A stretch of DNA of 64,000 bases from Octopus vulgaris (lineage: Eukaryota), in NCBI GenBank assembly GCA_951406725.2, contig OX597821.1, forward strand, positions 90,892,001 to 90,956,000, in the 5' to 3' direction. Positions within the stretch are counted from its first letter, which is position 1. Every line of letters starts with the position of its first letter. The notes beneath the pieces were generated by a model. It saw nothing but the letters and a program-made list of their open reading frames with translations. It ran no database searches and was not told the origin of the DNA. The position numbers and the translations under genes were made by a program. Positions 40,730-53,384 of the stretch are shown piece by piece.

Positions 40730-41048
40730 GGAGGCACATGACCTAGTGGTTAGAGCAGCGGACTCGTGGTTGAGGGATCGTGGGTTCGAATCTCAGACCG
40801 GGCGATGTGTCTGTTTATGAGTTATGAGTGAAACACCTAAGCTCCACGCGGCTCTGGCAGAAGGTAATGGTGAGCTTCTGCTGACTCTTTCACCACAACT
40901 TTCTCTCACTCTTTCTTCCTGCATCTTGCAGCCCACCTTGCGATGGACCGGCATCTCATCCAGGTGGGGAACCTATATGCCAAGGAAACCAAGAAACTGG
41001 CCTTATGAGCTTGACATGGCTCGAGAAGGAACAAGCAACAAAAAACAA
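40730..41048 (+). mobile_element. tRNA-derived SINE family D (V-domain-like segment), full length
   Basis: ggaggcacatgacctagtggttagagc..gggttcgaatc; cttgcgatggaccggcatctcatccagg; 15-bp TSD attgttcctctttgt at 40715-40729 and 41049-41063. Confidence 0.9.
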
Positions 41049-41189
41049 ATTGTTCCTCTTTGTTTATCAGGTTACTGTATTATCCAGTATGGCCTTCTTT
41101 ATGTAAAGATGACAGAACATGATTTGAGGGAGGTTTGGCTGTTATTTCCTATAGATCAAATATTGACTGTTGACTTGGTTGACTTGTTG

Positions 41190-41413
41190 ACTGCCATGAC
41201 ACTGCATCCTTTAAGACCCTCATGCTTTCCGAAATCCGCCAAAACTACACCTGATTGTCCCCCTTCCATACTCATACACATATGTGTATGTCATGACTCA
41301 TGCATTGTTCTTTTCCTGACGCTTGTACATTACCCTATGTACTATACATACACTTTAGATGAGTTGTAGTGCACCTGAGCACTGTACACAATGTTTTATT
41401 ATTATTATTATTA
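41190..41413 (+). mobile_element. CR1 LINE extreme 3' end
   Basis: Homologous to 33955-34160 (cactgcatcctt..actacacct..gtgcacctgagcac) with (ATT)n tail. Confidence 0.75.
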
Positions 41414-42369
41414 ATATCAATGTTCCTTTGTTAGCGTGTTTCAATGACATTGCTTTGTATGAAGGTTAGTCATAATTACTCTGTTCAAGATGTTGTACCT
41501 TACTGACATATTTCATTTAGATTAACTAATATTTCCTGCAAATTTTGAGAAATGAAGCTGTAGCGATTCATCCAGTCGTCTGCAGCCAGTTTGGTTTTGT
41601 GGTTTTATCATAGATCATGAATTGTTAAATCTGAACCAAAACATTAAGTCTTGTATTTAGCCAATGAGAAACCAACAGTCTTTTGAGTTTTAATTTTACT
41701 TAATTATCTAGCTTTCCTTTTATTATTTATTCTCTCTCTTTTCCCTCCAGTGGCAATGAGTAAGCTGTCTTCTCTTTTTTTTTTTTCACTGTCTTTTGCT
41801 AGCCTTTAACTTCTCCTTTGGCATTCCTTTAACAGAATTACATTTAAATGTTTAAAACACAAAATTCATTTAATCCTCTCTTTGCTACTTTTAATTATTT
41901 GCTTGTAAACATTTTGACATTTTAAACCCCTAAAAATATTTGAATATTTTAAACACACACTCACACACACTATTCAAGTGACATTATAAAACAAAAAAAT
42001 ATACACATTCTTAAATGAATTTAGTTATTTTTTCAAACAAAACTTCACCCAAGCCATGTCTTTGTGATTTAAATATTATATTTTATGCCTGAATTTTGTC
42101 CTATTTCAAGCAGTATTCTCAACAATATGCTCTATAGTAGTTATTCTACCATTAGACCTCTATTTTTTTTTTGTATCACATTGAAAAGAAACATACACCA
42201 TTTTCACTACAATACACAGAATTAATACAATAAGTATATCAGAACATATACTGAAATCACCATCAGAACTAAATACCATTTAAATTGTACTTAGACATAC
42301 TAAATGCCTATAAAAATGCACGAATAATAAAAATCTAAACACTTAAAAACAATTTTAATACAACAAAAT

Positions 42370-42600
42370 ATAGCCATGTGTAGCTGCTAGAATAAGAATA
42401 GGTTGGGCAAAGTTGAGAGAGCTCCTACCTCTGCTGGCAACAAACGGCCTCTCTCTCAGCATGAAAGACAGACTGTATGAGGCCTGTGTATGAACAGCCA
42501 TGCTACATGGCAGGGAAACATAGGCTGTGACTGCTAAGGACATGTGTAAAAAATGAAGCTAGTATGCTTTACTGGATGTGTAATGCCAGTGTGCATGGAC
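42370..42600 (+). mobile_element. RTE LINE ORF fragment
   Basis: VAARIRIGWAKLRELLPLL..LSLSMKDRLYEACV.TAMLHGRET. Confidence 0.8.
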
Positions 42601-42616
42601 AACAGGGTGTAAGGAC

Positions 42617-42963
42617 GATTGTCTGCCAACATAACATGGCAGTCCTGGTTTAGGACTAATGTTGCTGTAATTTAGCCCCAGGAGACATCGTTTCCAGCTG
42701 GCTATACAACACGAGCTGTGTATTGCAATTTCTGGGTTATTTCTCTTCATCAGCACAGAATAATTGTTCGACTTGAGGTGGTGCTGCCAAATTCCCATTC
42801 AAAATATATAGTTTTTAAAGTGATTAGTTGTTACTTTGAAAACTATATATTTTAGATGGGAATTTGGCTGTGATACACAGATATTGCGATACACGTCTCT
42901 TGGGCTAAATTACAGCAACATTAGTCCTAAACCAGGACTGCCATGTTATGTTGGCAAACAATC
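42617..42963. mobile_element. Fold-back element with nested inverted repeats
   Basis: Outer arms ~42617-42686 and 42896-42963 are nearly perfect; inner arms 42786-42823 and 42831-42868; related sequence at 6958-7045. Confidence 0.75.
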
Positions 42964-43059
42964 TTTACTACAATGTACTGTTGCTGAATATCTCCCGTTG
43001 TGAGATTTAGAAATAGTAATTTTCTAAGAGTGTAAGAATAACTGGAGCATAACAATCAT

Positions 43060-43410
43060 CCCTCAAACGTTGGTGATATGTTGTGCTTGAGAAAACCTGT
43101 CAAGTCCTGGGAAATCGAAGTGATGGCTGATGCCAGTGCTGGTTAACTGGCATGTAAAAAGCACCATTTGAACATGTGGCCAATGTTGGTGTCACATCAA
43201 TTGTATCCATGACAGTGGTATGTAAAAAGCAGCCACTACACTCTTGGAGTGATTGGCATTAGGAAGGGCATCCAGCCGTAGAAACCATGCTAAACCAGAT
43301 TGGAACCTAGCATAGCTTACCAGCAAACCAGTTTTAAGCCAAACAGCCCAACCCATGCTAGCATGGAAAACAGACGTTAAATGATGATGAAAATGATGTT
43401 GATGATAATG
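43060..43410 (+). mobile_element. RTE LINE 3' end and UTR
   Basis: gtgcttgagaaaacctgtcaag..aggaagggcatccagc..ccatgctagcatggaaaacagacgttaaatgatgatg. Confidence 0.75.
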
Positions 43411-43779
43411 TTAATCAAGAAATCTTCAAACACAATAACTGCGGTCAATTGATAGGATAGAAGTTCAGTTTAAATATTGAGATTGCTTACACAGAAGAAT
43501 TATATTTATTTTTTGTTGATTTGTAGGAAATAAAAAGAAAAAACAAAGTCATCATAAATTTTATATCCACTTTCCAATCTGGCTTTGATTGGACATCTTG
43601 ATAGCATCTGCTGGATTAAAGCACCATGTTTTGCTCCAGTATTTTAGTTTTGGTATACTTTCTATGGTTGGACATGCTTCCTAATGCCAACCACTTTACT
43701 TTGTATGCTAAGAACTTTCATTGTGGCACTAGTAAGGTTACCTTGTACGTTGCAAGACTAAACACACTATATATACACA

Positions 43780-43976
43780 ATGGTTTCAAATTTTAGCACA
43801 AGGTCAGCAATTTTGGGCGAGGTACTTAACTGATTACACCGACTTATTTCTTTGACCCCAAAAGGATAAAAGGCAAAGTTAAACTTGAGGGAATTTGGAT
43901 TCAAGGCATAAAGATGGATGAAATGCTGCTAAGCATTTTGCCTGGCATGCTAACAATTCTGTCAGTTCACTGCCTT
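43780..43976 (-). mobile_element. Degenerate SINE family A
   Basis: gaccccaaaaggataaaaggcaaagt..gctaagcattttgcctgg. Confidence 0.7.
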
Positions 43977-44559
43977 GCACTGTATGCATATATCATCATC
44001 AATCCTTTTAATTTCCCATAAGGCTATAGCTTATGATCTTATGATAGCACTGGATCCTATACCAACTCACAATTATTGGTAGCCCAAGGGCATATGTATG
44101 ATTCACTAAACCTTAGTAGTATAGCAGTAAAAATTGTTTCTCAACAAATCTGACATGATCTTGAAAATCTGAGGTCACATAAAATAATTGTTTATCTTAG
44201 GTTTAGCGATCTAAACGTAATGAGGCCTCTCTTATGACGAGTACAATGAGTGAATTGTCAAATCTACTCCCAAACATCAGATATTCCAAATGTTTTCTTT
44301 TTTGCACTGGTTAGCATGCATTGAGCCAATTTAAGATCAAGAGTATTGTAACTATAACCATATGTCTTTTTCTGTATAACAGGGACTTATGTCCAGTGCA
44401 TCCACCTTTATTTAACAATAATAAAGTGTGATTTAAGAACTAGGCCCTTGTTTACCCTGTTGTCATAATTTATATGATTCATATCTGTACAAGCTCAGAG
44501 CTTCTCTATTTCACACTAATTATGAAACAGCTTATACTCAGATTGTCTCTCAGCATAGT

Positions 44560-45895
44560 TGGGTTTCATAGTTCATGCACGCATTAGACATCCAGTAGAA
44601 AAGGTTTATCCCATATCCAGTAGAAAAGATTTATCTCTTTATCTAACCTCTGCATTCATTGCCTTTGCTTCTCAAACATTCAACATCACACTGCATACAC
44701 AAACACCATAAAAATTTACCCTTTATTCCCACTTACCAGGAGAGGTAGCAGTTCCCTAATTTTCTCAACCACGTTCTTACTCTGACTATAATGCTTGTAT
44801 AATACTTTACTGCACTTCTAATCAGGTTACCTAAAAAAGAGAAGATATCAATAACACCAAAGGAACCATCGACACATTTGAAAGAATTTGTTTACAAGCA
44901 CTCTTACTGCTAACTAGTCCTCTACTCTCTACAGTCTATCCTCTCTGTCAGCCTACCTGTGATCCAACTTCACTTCTTTTGCAATTATAACTTACATTTG
45001 ATGTTCAGTGCAAATTTCCTACCTGTTCATTTTTTTTCTTTAAGAATGCTTTCATTTCCAATGGAGTTCTATCTTCTTTACTACCAACTAAAACTTTAGT
45101 CTTGAAAAGTGTTTGACTCCATGCCTAGCTTAGAATAAGTTTTTAATTCAACAGCTTTAGTTTTGAGAACTAGTTCATTGGCATAGAACAATTCTCATGA
45201 ATAACCAGTCTTAGATTCTTTTGATATGGCCTGAAGAACTATAATAGATGGTAAGGGTGGTGAACGATACCTTGAGAAACACTTTCCTGTATACTTACTG
45301 AATGCATATGTAATTCTCAACTTGCAAACAGTTTCTCTGTTCATGGTTTGTACAGACCCCCTAGGTCTTTCATTTACATCTAGTTACCTTAGTGACCTCC
45401 TAGTTGTTGTTGTTTTGTTTTCCATGGGTTACTCTTTCTTTCTTTTCGGCAAACACCTATGTCTAACCGAGAAGATATTTAACTTCCATACCTTCCTCAC
45501 TCTTTCTCCAAAGTCGTTAAACATTTGCCTATATTGAGTAATATATACTTCACTGAGAAACACCTTGGTATTCATAGCCAGTTTTCTGTCTTATTTCTTG
45601 GCAAGTACGAAGTCTACTTGGCTTGCATGATCATCTTAGAGATAAATAATCGAGTGGCTAAACTGTTACTGTTGTGAGTAGGTCATTTATATAAGAGAGT
45701 AGTGACCAGAGCATTTCTCAATATGTTTGATAAAATTACTAATACTGTTAACAAGGTTGCAGCCATCAATTTTTGAAGTAGTCTGCAAGTGAGCCTCTTG
45801 GAAGTGGTTCTTGTATTCATCTGTAAGCTCAGCTTGTGGTGCATGTGTAAAGATCGTTGTTGCTGTTATTTTCCCTATGATGAACCCGAACTTAA
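44560..45895 (-). mobile_element. Heavily decayed RTE LINE body
   Basis: Minus strand VRVRTWLRN..LLPL matching 42380; endonuclease-like remnants near 45600-45890. Confidence 0.5.
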
Positions 45896-46397
45896 TTATT
45901 CCATTGTGAAGACCTGTTGAGGCAAGTGAAATCGAAATCGGAATCGAAATTGAACCAATCCTATGACTGGCACCGGCAGATGCCTGGCACCCGGCAGATG
46001 CCAGGACCCCTGGACTGATGGTACGTAAAAAGCACTATCCGAATCGTGGCCGATGCCAGCGCCGCCTTGACTGGCTTCCGTGCCGGTGGTACGTAAAAAG
46101 CACCATCCGAATCGTGGCCGAAGCCAGTGCCGCCTCGACTGGCTTCCGTGCCGGTGGCACGTAAAATGCACCAATCCGACTGTGGCCGATGCCAGCCTCG
46201 CCTGGCACCTGTGCAGGTGGCACGTAAAAAGCACCCACTACACTCACGAAGTGGATGGCGTTAGGAAGGGCATCCAGCTGTAGAAACATTGCCAGATCAG
46301 ACTGGAGCCTGGTGCAGCCTTCTGGCTTCCCAGATCCCAGGTCGAACCGTCCAACCCATGCTAGCATGGAGAACAGACGTTAAACGATGATGATGAT
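45896..46397 (+). mobile_element. RTE LINE 3' end with internal ~60-bp repeats and (GAT)n tail
   Basis: Reverse-complement relative of the 27600-28070 unit. Confidence 0.8.
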
Positions 46398-46724
46398 ATG
46401 CTGTCTACTTCAGTTACTTTCTTTATTCATTTTCCTGGTATCATTAAGCCTACTCCACAACTCCAGCTCTGATTACCATGCAAGAGAAAAAATTGTGTCT
46501 GCATTTCTTGCTTGGGAAACTATGAAAATATGGATAAGAATTTACCAGTGTAATTATTATATAACAATCCATCAAAAACTACACTCGTCTGAAGCGCAAG
46601 TTTCCAAAGATAACAGCAGATGCTTGCTATCTAAGGCAGTTTATTAATGTGTAAACAAAACTTGTGACTAAAACAACTCATACAAATAATAATACAAAGT
46701 TGCCAGGTCAAAAACAATTACTAT

Positions 46725-47235
46725 TTTATATTTTTGAGATGAGAAACTATGTACATTAGTTACAATGGATGGATAGATGTCCTCACCTTGTTTATTGTTA
46801 TCACAACGTTTTGGCTGATGCACTCTCCAGCCTTCTTCAGAGAATACCACTGGAAAATACGAAAATCAAAAGAGGCTGCGCATATGCTAGGACACAATAA
46901 CCTCCTAAGCAGGCCTGCTGCAAATATGAATGATAATATACTAGGTTTATAAGCCCTAAACTTCACTCTATAATTGCTCTATGCCCGTGGATAAGAGCAC
47001 AAACTACTAACCCACAGGCTCAAAGTTAAGTCTCAGGTAGGGAATAATATCAACAGAAAAATAACACCAGCAACATACCTTAGGAATGAGAACAGTGTAC
47101 CCCATTAGTCAAATAAAAGGTTAGGTTTGAAATTCCACCAGAACACCTGATGAAGGTTGCAGAGTATGTCAGCCAAAACATTGTGATAACAACAAACAAG
47201 GTGAGGACACCTATCCATCCATTGTAAATAAAAAC
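46725..47235 (+). mobile_element. 5'-truncated PLE 3' end preceded by an inverted copy of its own terminus; carries decayed tRNA and two hammerhead motifs
   Basis: ORF end REYHWKIRKSKEAAHMLGHNNLLSRP (PLE GIY-YIG C-terminus); 46725-46845 is the reverse complement of the 3' terminus at 47147-47230; HHR-like motifs at 46801-46842 (-) and 47142-47187 (+), both G12A. Confidence 0.75.
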
Positions 47236-47383
47236 AATCACCTGTATCTGTAATCTATGGGAATATTACATAGATAACAAACAAACATATAAATTGATAC
47301 ATGTCTGTATGCATTTAGGCTAGTTTTGAAATTAAGTTTGCTCTGAAGTAACCTGTGATATAGTAACAAATTTACTATGGTAG

Positions 47384-48453
47384 TGTAGCAATATCGTCTC
47401 TCATTGCTATCTTCACTAAAAGAGAAGAGTATTAAGAATAACCTCGGTCGAGATTACAAACATCTTTGGCTAATTCAACATTGTTGTAAACACTAATTCG
47501 ATTGGCTGACACGTTGGTCTCTACTACGCTCGCACCGCTGGTTATAACTTGGCGCAATTTGCCTCCGCTTATTTTCGCGCCATAGTTCCAAGCAGCCAAT
47601 CACAGCTTTCCATTTCTGAAGTTCACTAGGAGCCTGGTGAAGCTTATAAAAGAAGGTTTCTCAGACAAATATTCGTCTTAGGTTTCCAGTCCTTCTCAGG
47701 GCGAACCTCTGACCACACAGAGCTCGTCTTAGGCTTTTAGTTCTTTTAAGAGCTAAGTCTCTGACCACACAGAGCATACTCGACCAAGTTCCAGTTCGAA
47801 AAGCAGGCGACCACCATTAATACAAGATGTTACAGATACCTCTTATACTGTTAGTGTGAAATATTACCATGAAGAACGGTTACAGGATATCTATAACTAG
47901 AGAAAAATAACCAAGCAGAACATATGATGAAGACGCAGCGAAAGCCAAGCGCCAAACATCGAAGATTTGATTTGTACACAAGACGACTACAGATTCAGCT
48001 ATAGCGGTTAGGTGAAATTCTCGCCACGGAAAAAACGGCTACAGTCAACATGTCTGGAAGTATATTCATATCAAGAGAAAGATAAACACAACGAGTGATT
48101 CAATTAATCTACACTACGAGACGCAACCTTGATATAGAACTCTTACGCTGTACCTCATAAACGGTAAATCAATTATCTGTTCTTGGGTTCTAGTTTCTTC
48201 TAAGGACTACCTTAAGCCATCTGTTATTGCCTGTTGCCAGGCCGATACCAACAACATGAACTGTGAATCAAATCCCATCGTCATTTCACTGGTCAGTACC
48301 TTTTTACGCCTAACGAACACACAGACACAAAAACATGCTAACGCTTACGAACTCTTAGAATCCACATGATTGTAAAATATGTAAAATAAATAATGTATAT
48401 ATCTTAAAAAGAAATCTTGTTGTCATTCCAAACTTATGTGTATTGCCGCTGCA
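47384..48453 (+). mobile_element. Possible solo LTR
   Basis: TGTAGC...GCTGCA ends, CCAAT (~47596), TATAAAA (~47645), short tandem repeats (47673-47775), AATAAA (~48385); no clear TSD. Confidence 0.4.
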
Positions 48454-48573
48454 TGTATTATATAGTCAGTAAATAAATTATTAAGAATGGGATCGCGTGC
48501 GACTGTCTTATACGGTACGACCAAGCGTGATCTTATTTTTATAGTAGCATTAGTAGAACATATTTATAAAGTA

Positions 48574-49169
48574 CTAGCAGTATCGCCCGGCGTTGCTCGG
48601 GTTTGTAAGGGAAATAAGTATAAAGCATTTTTAGAGAGTTATAGCCAAAATATAGCAAAAAATGCATTAAAAATGGAAAAAAAATTATGGTAAATTTTTT
48701 TTAAATCGTTGACTCATCGTAGACATTTTTCGAGAGTTACATCCCTTATATAATAGCAAAAAATGCATTAAAATAGAAAAAAATGATGGTAAATTTTTTT
48801 TTAAATCGTTGACTCATCGTAGACATTTTTAGAGAGTTACTTCCCTTATATAATAGCGAAAAATGCATTAAAATGGAAAAAAATTATGGTAATTTTTTTT
48901 TTAAATCGTTGACTCATCGTAGACATTTTTAGAGAGTTACTTTCCTTATATAATAACGAAAAAAATGCATTAAAATGGAAAAAAAATTATGGTAAATTAT
49001 TTTAAAAATCGTAGACTCATCGTAGACGCGTGCTAATACCCAGAAGGGCTCGATATGAATCATGACTATAAGATACCCGCTTTTGGTTAAACTGCACCGC
49101 ATAATGTGGGAGTAGTTAGGAATCTAAATCGTAGCAGACAGACACACAACTTGACTTTTATAAATAAAG
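48574..49169 (-). mobile_element. Non-autonomous Helitron with an internal ~101-bp minisatellite (~4 units)
   Basis: Minus-strand 3' end cccgagcaacgccggg hairpin..CTAG|T; 5' end ctttatttataaaagtcaagttgtgtgtctgtctg; tandem units start near 48659, 48761, 48861 and 48963. Confidence 0.85.
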
Positions 49170-49645
49170 TATTAAGATATTTTAGAAAAAGCAATGTACA
49201 TAACGATATTAAAAAAATATAAATCACTGAAGTTAAATACCAGTGACAGTTTGTTTTTCAATAACATATTTTACTATGTGGAATTAGTCATAATAAACAA
49301 CAAAATTAAAAGAATATATATGCATACATACACTCACAAACACATATGCATACATACACCCACCATGTGCTTGTATGAGTGTATGCGTGCATGTTTATGT
49401 CATCTCTCTCTCACTATATATATATATATTCGAAGGCTAAAACAATGCGAACGCATTGTAACCAGCGATGTGTAGCAACATCTGATGGACTGGTCGGTTG
49501 CGTGATCGCGTGATATATGCATATGTAAATATATATTTATATACATATGTATATGTACATGTATATAAGCATATATATACCGGAGTAAACACATAAATGT
49601 GAAACAAGGTGGAAAAAAGAGTACTCAAATACCAGTGGTAGAGTA

Positions 49646-49809
49646 ATATGCTTTATTTAAAGCAGCAGAAAATTCAACAAAACCTCTTACTCTGAGTTTC
49701 CCGTTGCCGTTCATAGGACAGTTTTAGCAAAAACTGTCCTATGAACGGCAACGGGAAAATCAGAGTAACAGGTTTTGTTGAATTTTCTGCTGCCTTAAAT
49801 AAAGTATAT
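49646..49809. repeat. ~165-bp near-perfect palindrome between (TA)/(TG) tracts
   Basis: ctttatttaaagcagcagaaaattcaac..ggacagtttt / aaaactgtcc..gttgaattttctgctgccttaaataaag. Confidence 0.9.
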
Positions 49810-49813
49810 ATAG

Positions 49814-49868
<55 letters not shown>

Positions 49869-49924
49869 TGTGTGTGTATATGTTTATGTATGTACATATA
49901 TGTATATGTATGTATAGATATATA

Positions 49925-49977
<53 letters not shown>

Positions 49978-50229
49978 GTGTATGTATATGTGAAATGACT
50001 GCAACTCGATTCCAAGTGATGTCATTGCTTGGTTACTCTCTAAAACACAAGCAGTACGGATGTGGTTTCTTTGGTGCCTCTTACATTAAATGCTACAATA
50101 ATTCACCTGGCGTTTCAGTTCACCTCCTAGTGCTTACTTTTCTGCACTCTCTACAAACAAAGATGCCACATAGTTAACAACTATCCTCTGTCTGTGTGTA
50201 TGGTTCCTCTGATGACCTCTAAAGCCTGC

Positions 50230-50900
50230 CTTAGTTAAATAGACATGCCCACAATTGTTGCATGTTAAACTGTGCTGTGAGCCAGGAAATTCACATTAAC
50301 ACCTTCACGAACGTCTTTCTAGAGCTGACACAATTTATTTCTAATTCCTTCTTGCTATCACTCACAACTTTTTTCCACAATGGATGATCAAGAGTGATGG
50401 CATCTATAATGATCCTCTCTATTTTCCAAGATTTGATCTTCTTCATGTATTCTTTACACAACCCTGTTATCTTAGTTTCATTTCTGTGCACTAGTCTTTT
50501 ACTCTGGACTAACTAATGGTACAGAAATTGCTTAGGCTACAATCGACTTCTGTCCTGACCATATGACCGCCTCATCTTAATCGGTGCTGAAGTGGTGATA
50601 GGGTCTCTTTACTGGTAGATTGACTGTTTACTAGGACTTCAACATCCCTTACATTTGTCATAGGATGCACAGGATACGGTGGAGACACTGTTAGTGAAAT
50701 TGCTGCAACCTTTCAATAAGACAAAGACCTCTCTCATATGCACGAAGCAATGGAAACAAAATACAAGTATAGCAGACCTTTAACTTTGTCTCAACTGAAA
50801 TTCCACCCTGAAACCATGAAAGTGTATCCGACTTTTCAAATGCATCACTGGCTGTCTTGATATTTCAACTCTAGCTCAATTTCCTCTTACAACTAATCAA
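50230..50900 (-). mobile_element. Decayed RTE/BovB-like LINE RT C-terminus
   Basis: Minus strand GISVETKLKVCY, LQHRLR.GGHMVR, ITLDHPLWKKVV. Confidence 0.65.
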
Positions 50901-51204
50901 AGCAGTTAAAAGTGAAAGTAATTAAAAGAGCAATAGTATAGATATATGTGTAAGAGGAGTAGATATGAAGCATTATACAAAGTGTAGGGTCAGCTTCTTC
51001 AGGTGGTATTGTTAGTAATGTATACACAAGATTAAAGAAACAGTACATTGGTGTAATGAGGACAAGATGACAATTACAAGAGAACGGTTATGTAAATTGT
51101 GTGAATTGCAGTTGGGTAAACTACAGAAATATTACTAAAGGGACACCTAATGTCTCCTTTATGCAATGTTACAGTAAAATCGGTATCTCTGCTTATATAT
51201 GTTT

Positions 51205-51892
51205 TAACTTTCCTTGTTTCAGTCATTAGACAGCGGTCATACTAGGACACCAAGGTCGATCGTTGTTTTATTTTCTCTTTATAAGTCTGGTACTTATTTC
51301 ATCAGTCTCTTCTTGCCGAACCACTAACACACGGAGGAATAAACAAACCAACACCACTTGCGAAGCAGTAGTGTAAGACATACACAAATACAAAGACATA
51401 CACATAGGTATGATGATGGCTGTCCACTCGTGACCGAGGAAGACCATTGCTGACCTTCAGGAACATATATAGAATTAAAAAAATAATAATAAATAAAAAG
51501 AGGTCGGCAATGCCTGTGCAGAGTTTTAGTTCCAATAAGGCTTGCACAACACCTCATAGACCCTCTCCACTATATTGACATTATCCAGAGACAAGCCGGA
51601 GCAAGATGTCTGGTACCAATATGAGTCACAGGCTCAGGGATGTGGGAGCGCCGTGATCTCTAACCCAAACCAAAGATCCCCAAAATGTTCACATAGATAT
51701 ATACATACATATACATACGTGTGTGTATGTGTATATGACGGGCTTCTTTTCGGCTTCCATCTTCAGAATCCGCTCACGAAGCTTTGGTTGCTCCAAGCCT
51801 CTTGAAGAAGACATTTGCCCAAGGTGCCACTACGTGTCACTAAACCCCGAATCATGTGGTTGAGAGGTAAACTTTTTACCACACGGCCATAC
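51205..51892 (-). mobile_element. Degenerate SINE family B split by an insertion (~51410-51690)
   Basis: 3' half at 51205-51400 and 5' half at 51690-51892 match family B. Confidence 0.6.
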
Positions 51893-52577
51893 CAGACTTC
51901 AACAGTAACACAACTGCATTTCATTGGCTAAGTCGGAAGAGGGATGCTGACATCACACCTCATCATTTATTTCACTACATGTCTGCCATAAGACGGGTTC
52001 TTCATAACTAGCTCGAGGTTAACACAAAAGAAATATGTATTCAATTCACATTGTATCACAGCAAATACCAAACTTCCACCATCTCATTATTAAAACATCT
52101 GTTTTAACGAATATGCCATACTATGCACGGATGTGAGTTATATACTTAAGTTGAAGTTGGTGATTTGAACTGAAAAGCAACTTCCTGATACATACATGCA
52201 TACATACGTACGTACGTACATACATACAGACATATATACGTACGTATGTACGTACATACATAAATCGATAGAGAGATAGATACATATATATTTTTGTGTG
52301 TGTACATATGTACATATATACGTATATATATATATATACATATATAACTTAACTTAGAATAAATTAGAAAGGTTTTGGCCAGTATTGGCCCAGGCCATGT
52401 CTAACTTAATAGCACCACCTGGCGAAGTCTTTCAGTTCAGGATTTGGGCACCAAGGCCCATTCGAGCAGAGAGTTATTGTTTGCGGAGACATATCCGGGT
52501 GTGGGTGGTTTGTCCGGTACTGTTTGAAGGAATTTGTCCAAAGACGTACGTACGTGTGTATATATGTACATATATAC

Positions 52578-52629
<52 letters not shown>

Positions 52630-53384
52630 GTACGTGCGTATACGTACGTGTATAATTTTATACATATGTGTATATATATATATATAAACATATACATGAG
52701 TGAACAACTGAAGAAAGGTAGCACTCAATACATTTTGTAGGAGTTACATAGATTTTAATTACAGTTTGCTTCAGCTCCCTATGACTGAAAGTTTCAAAGC
52801 TGTTTAGAATGTCTCCATCTCATCAAATATCTGGAGAAGAGTGAGAGATTTGAGACAGGAAAAATTCTCTCACTCTGTTTCACTTTATCTAAGGACTCTA
52901 TAACTATCAAAAAAATCTTCCTTAACATCACATGGAATATCATTGAGAAATTCCCCACTTCTCACCTGATACTTGCAATAACGAATTCTGTCTCCGCGAA
53001 AGACTACACGTACTCCAGAACCTTGCAGTGTCCATCAACAGGAAGAATGAACTATCTTATTGTTGCCACTTGATGTACTCCCTGCTAACGATCTTCAAGC
53101 CACTGGCAGCTGACAATCCAGATATACCATCATAAACCATGTTACACACAAGTATAGACAACGGTCCCCCGCCACCCCGTGTTTATCATCCAAACTCAGT
53201 TGCAACCCTACATCATCAAATTTGGCGACTCCCATGTAAAAATTTCTGCTGCTAGTACTGAAAGACAACTGAGTTACTGATTTGCGCCAACATTTCACTC
53301 TACCATATATGCGATACACAATGCGAGGGACTGATGTCGCTGGATACCCTATACCGCACCCCGTTCCAAAGTTGTGCCAATGAA

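Noticed and set aside
40824-41369. 181-aa ORF
   Set aside because: Spans SINE D, another repeat and a CR1 tail; chance open frame
45907-45940. cctgttgaggcaagtgaaa as a hammerhead core
   Set aside because: No workable stem II; better explained as the RTE ORF terminus (cf. LEKTCQ at 43066)
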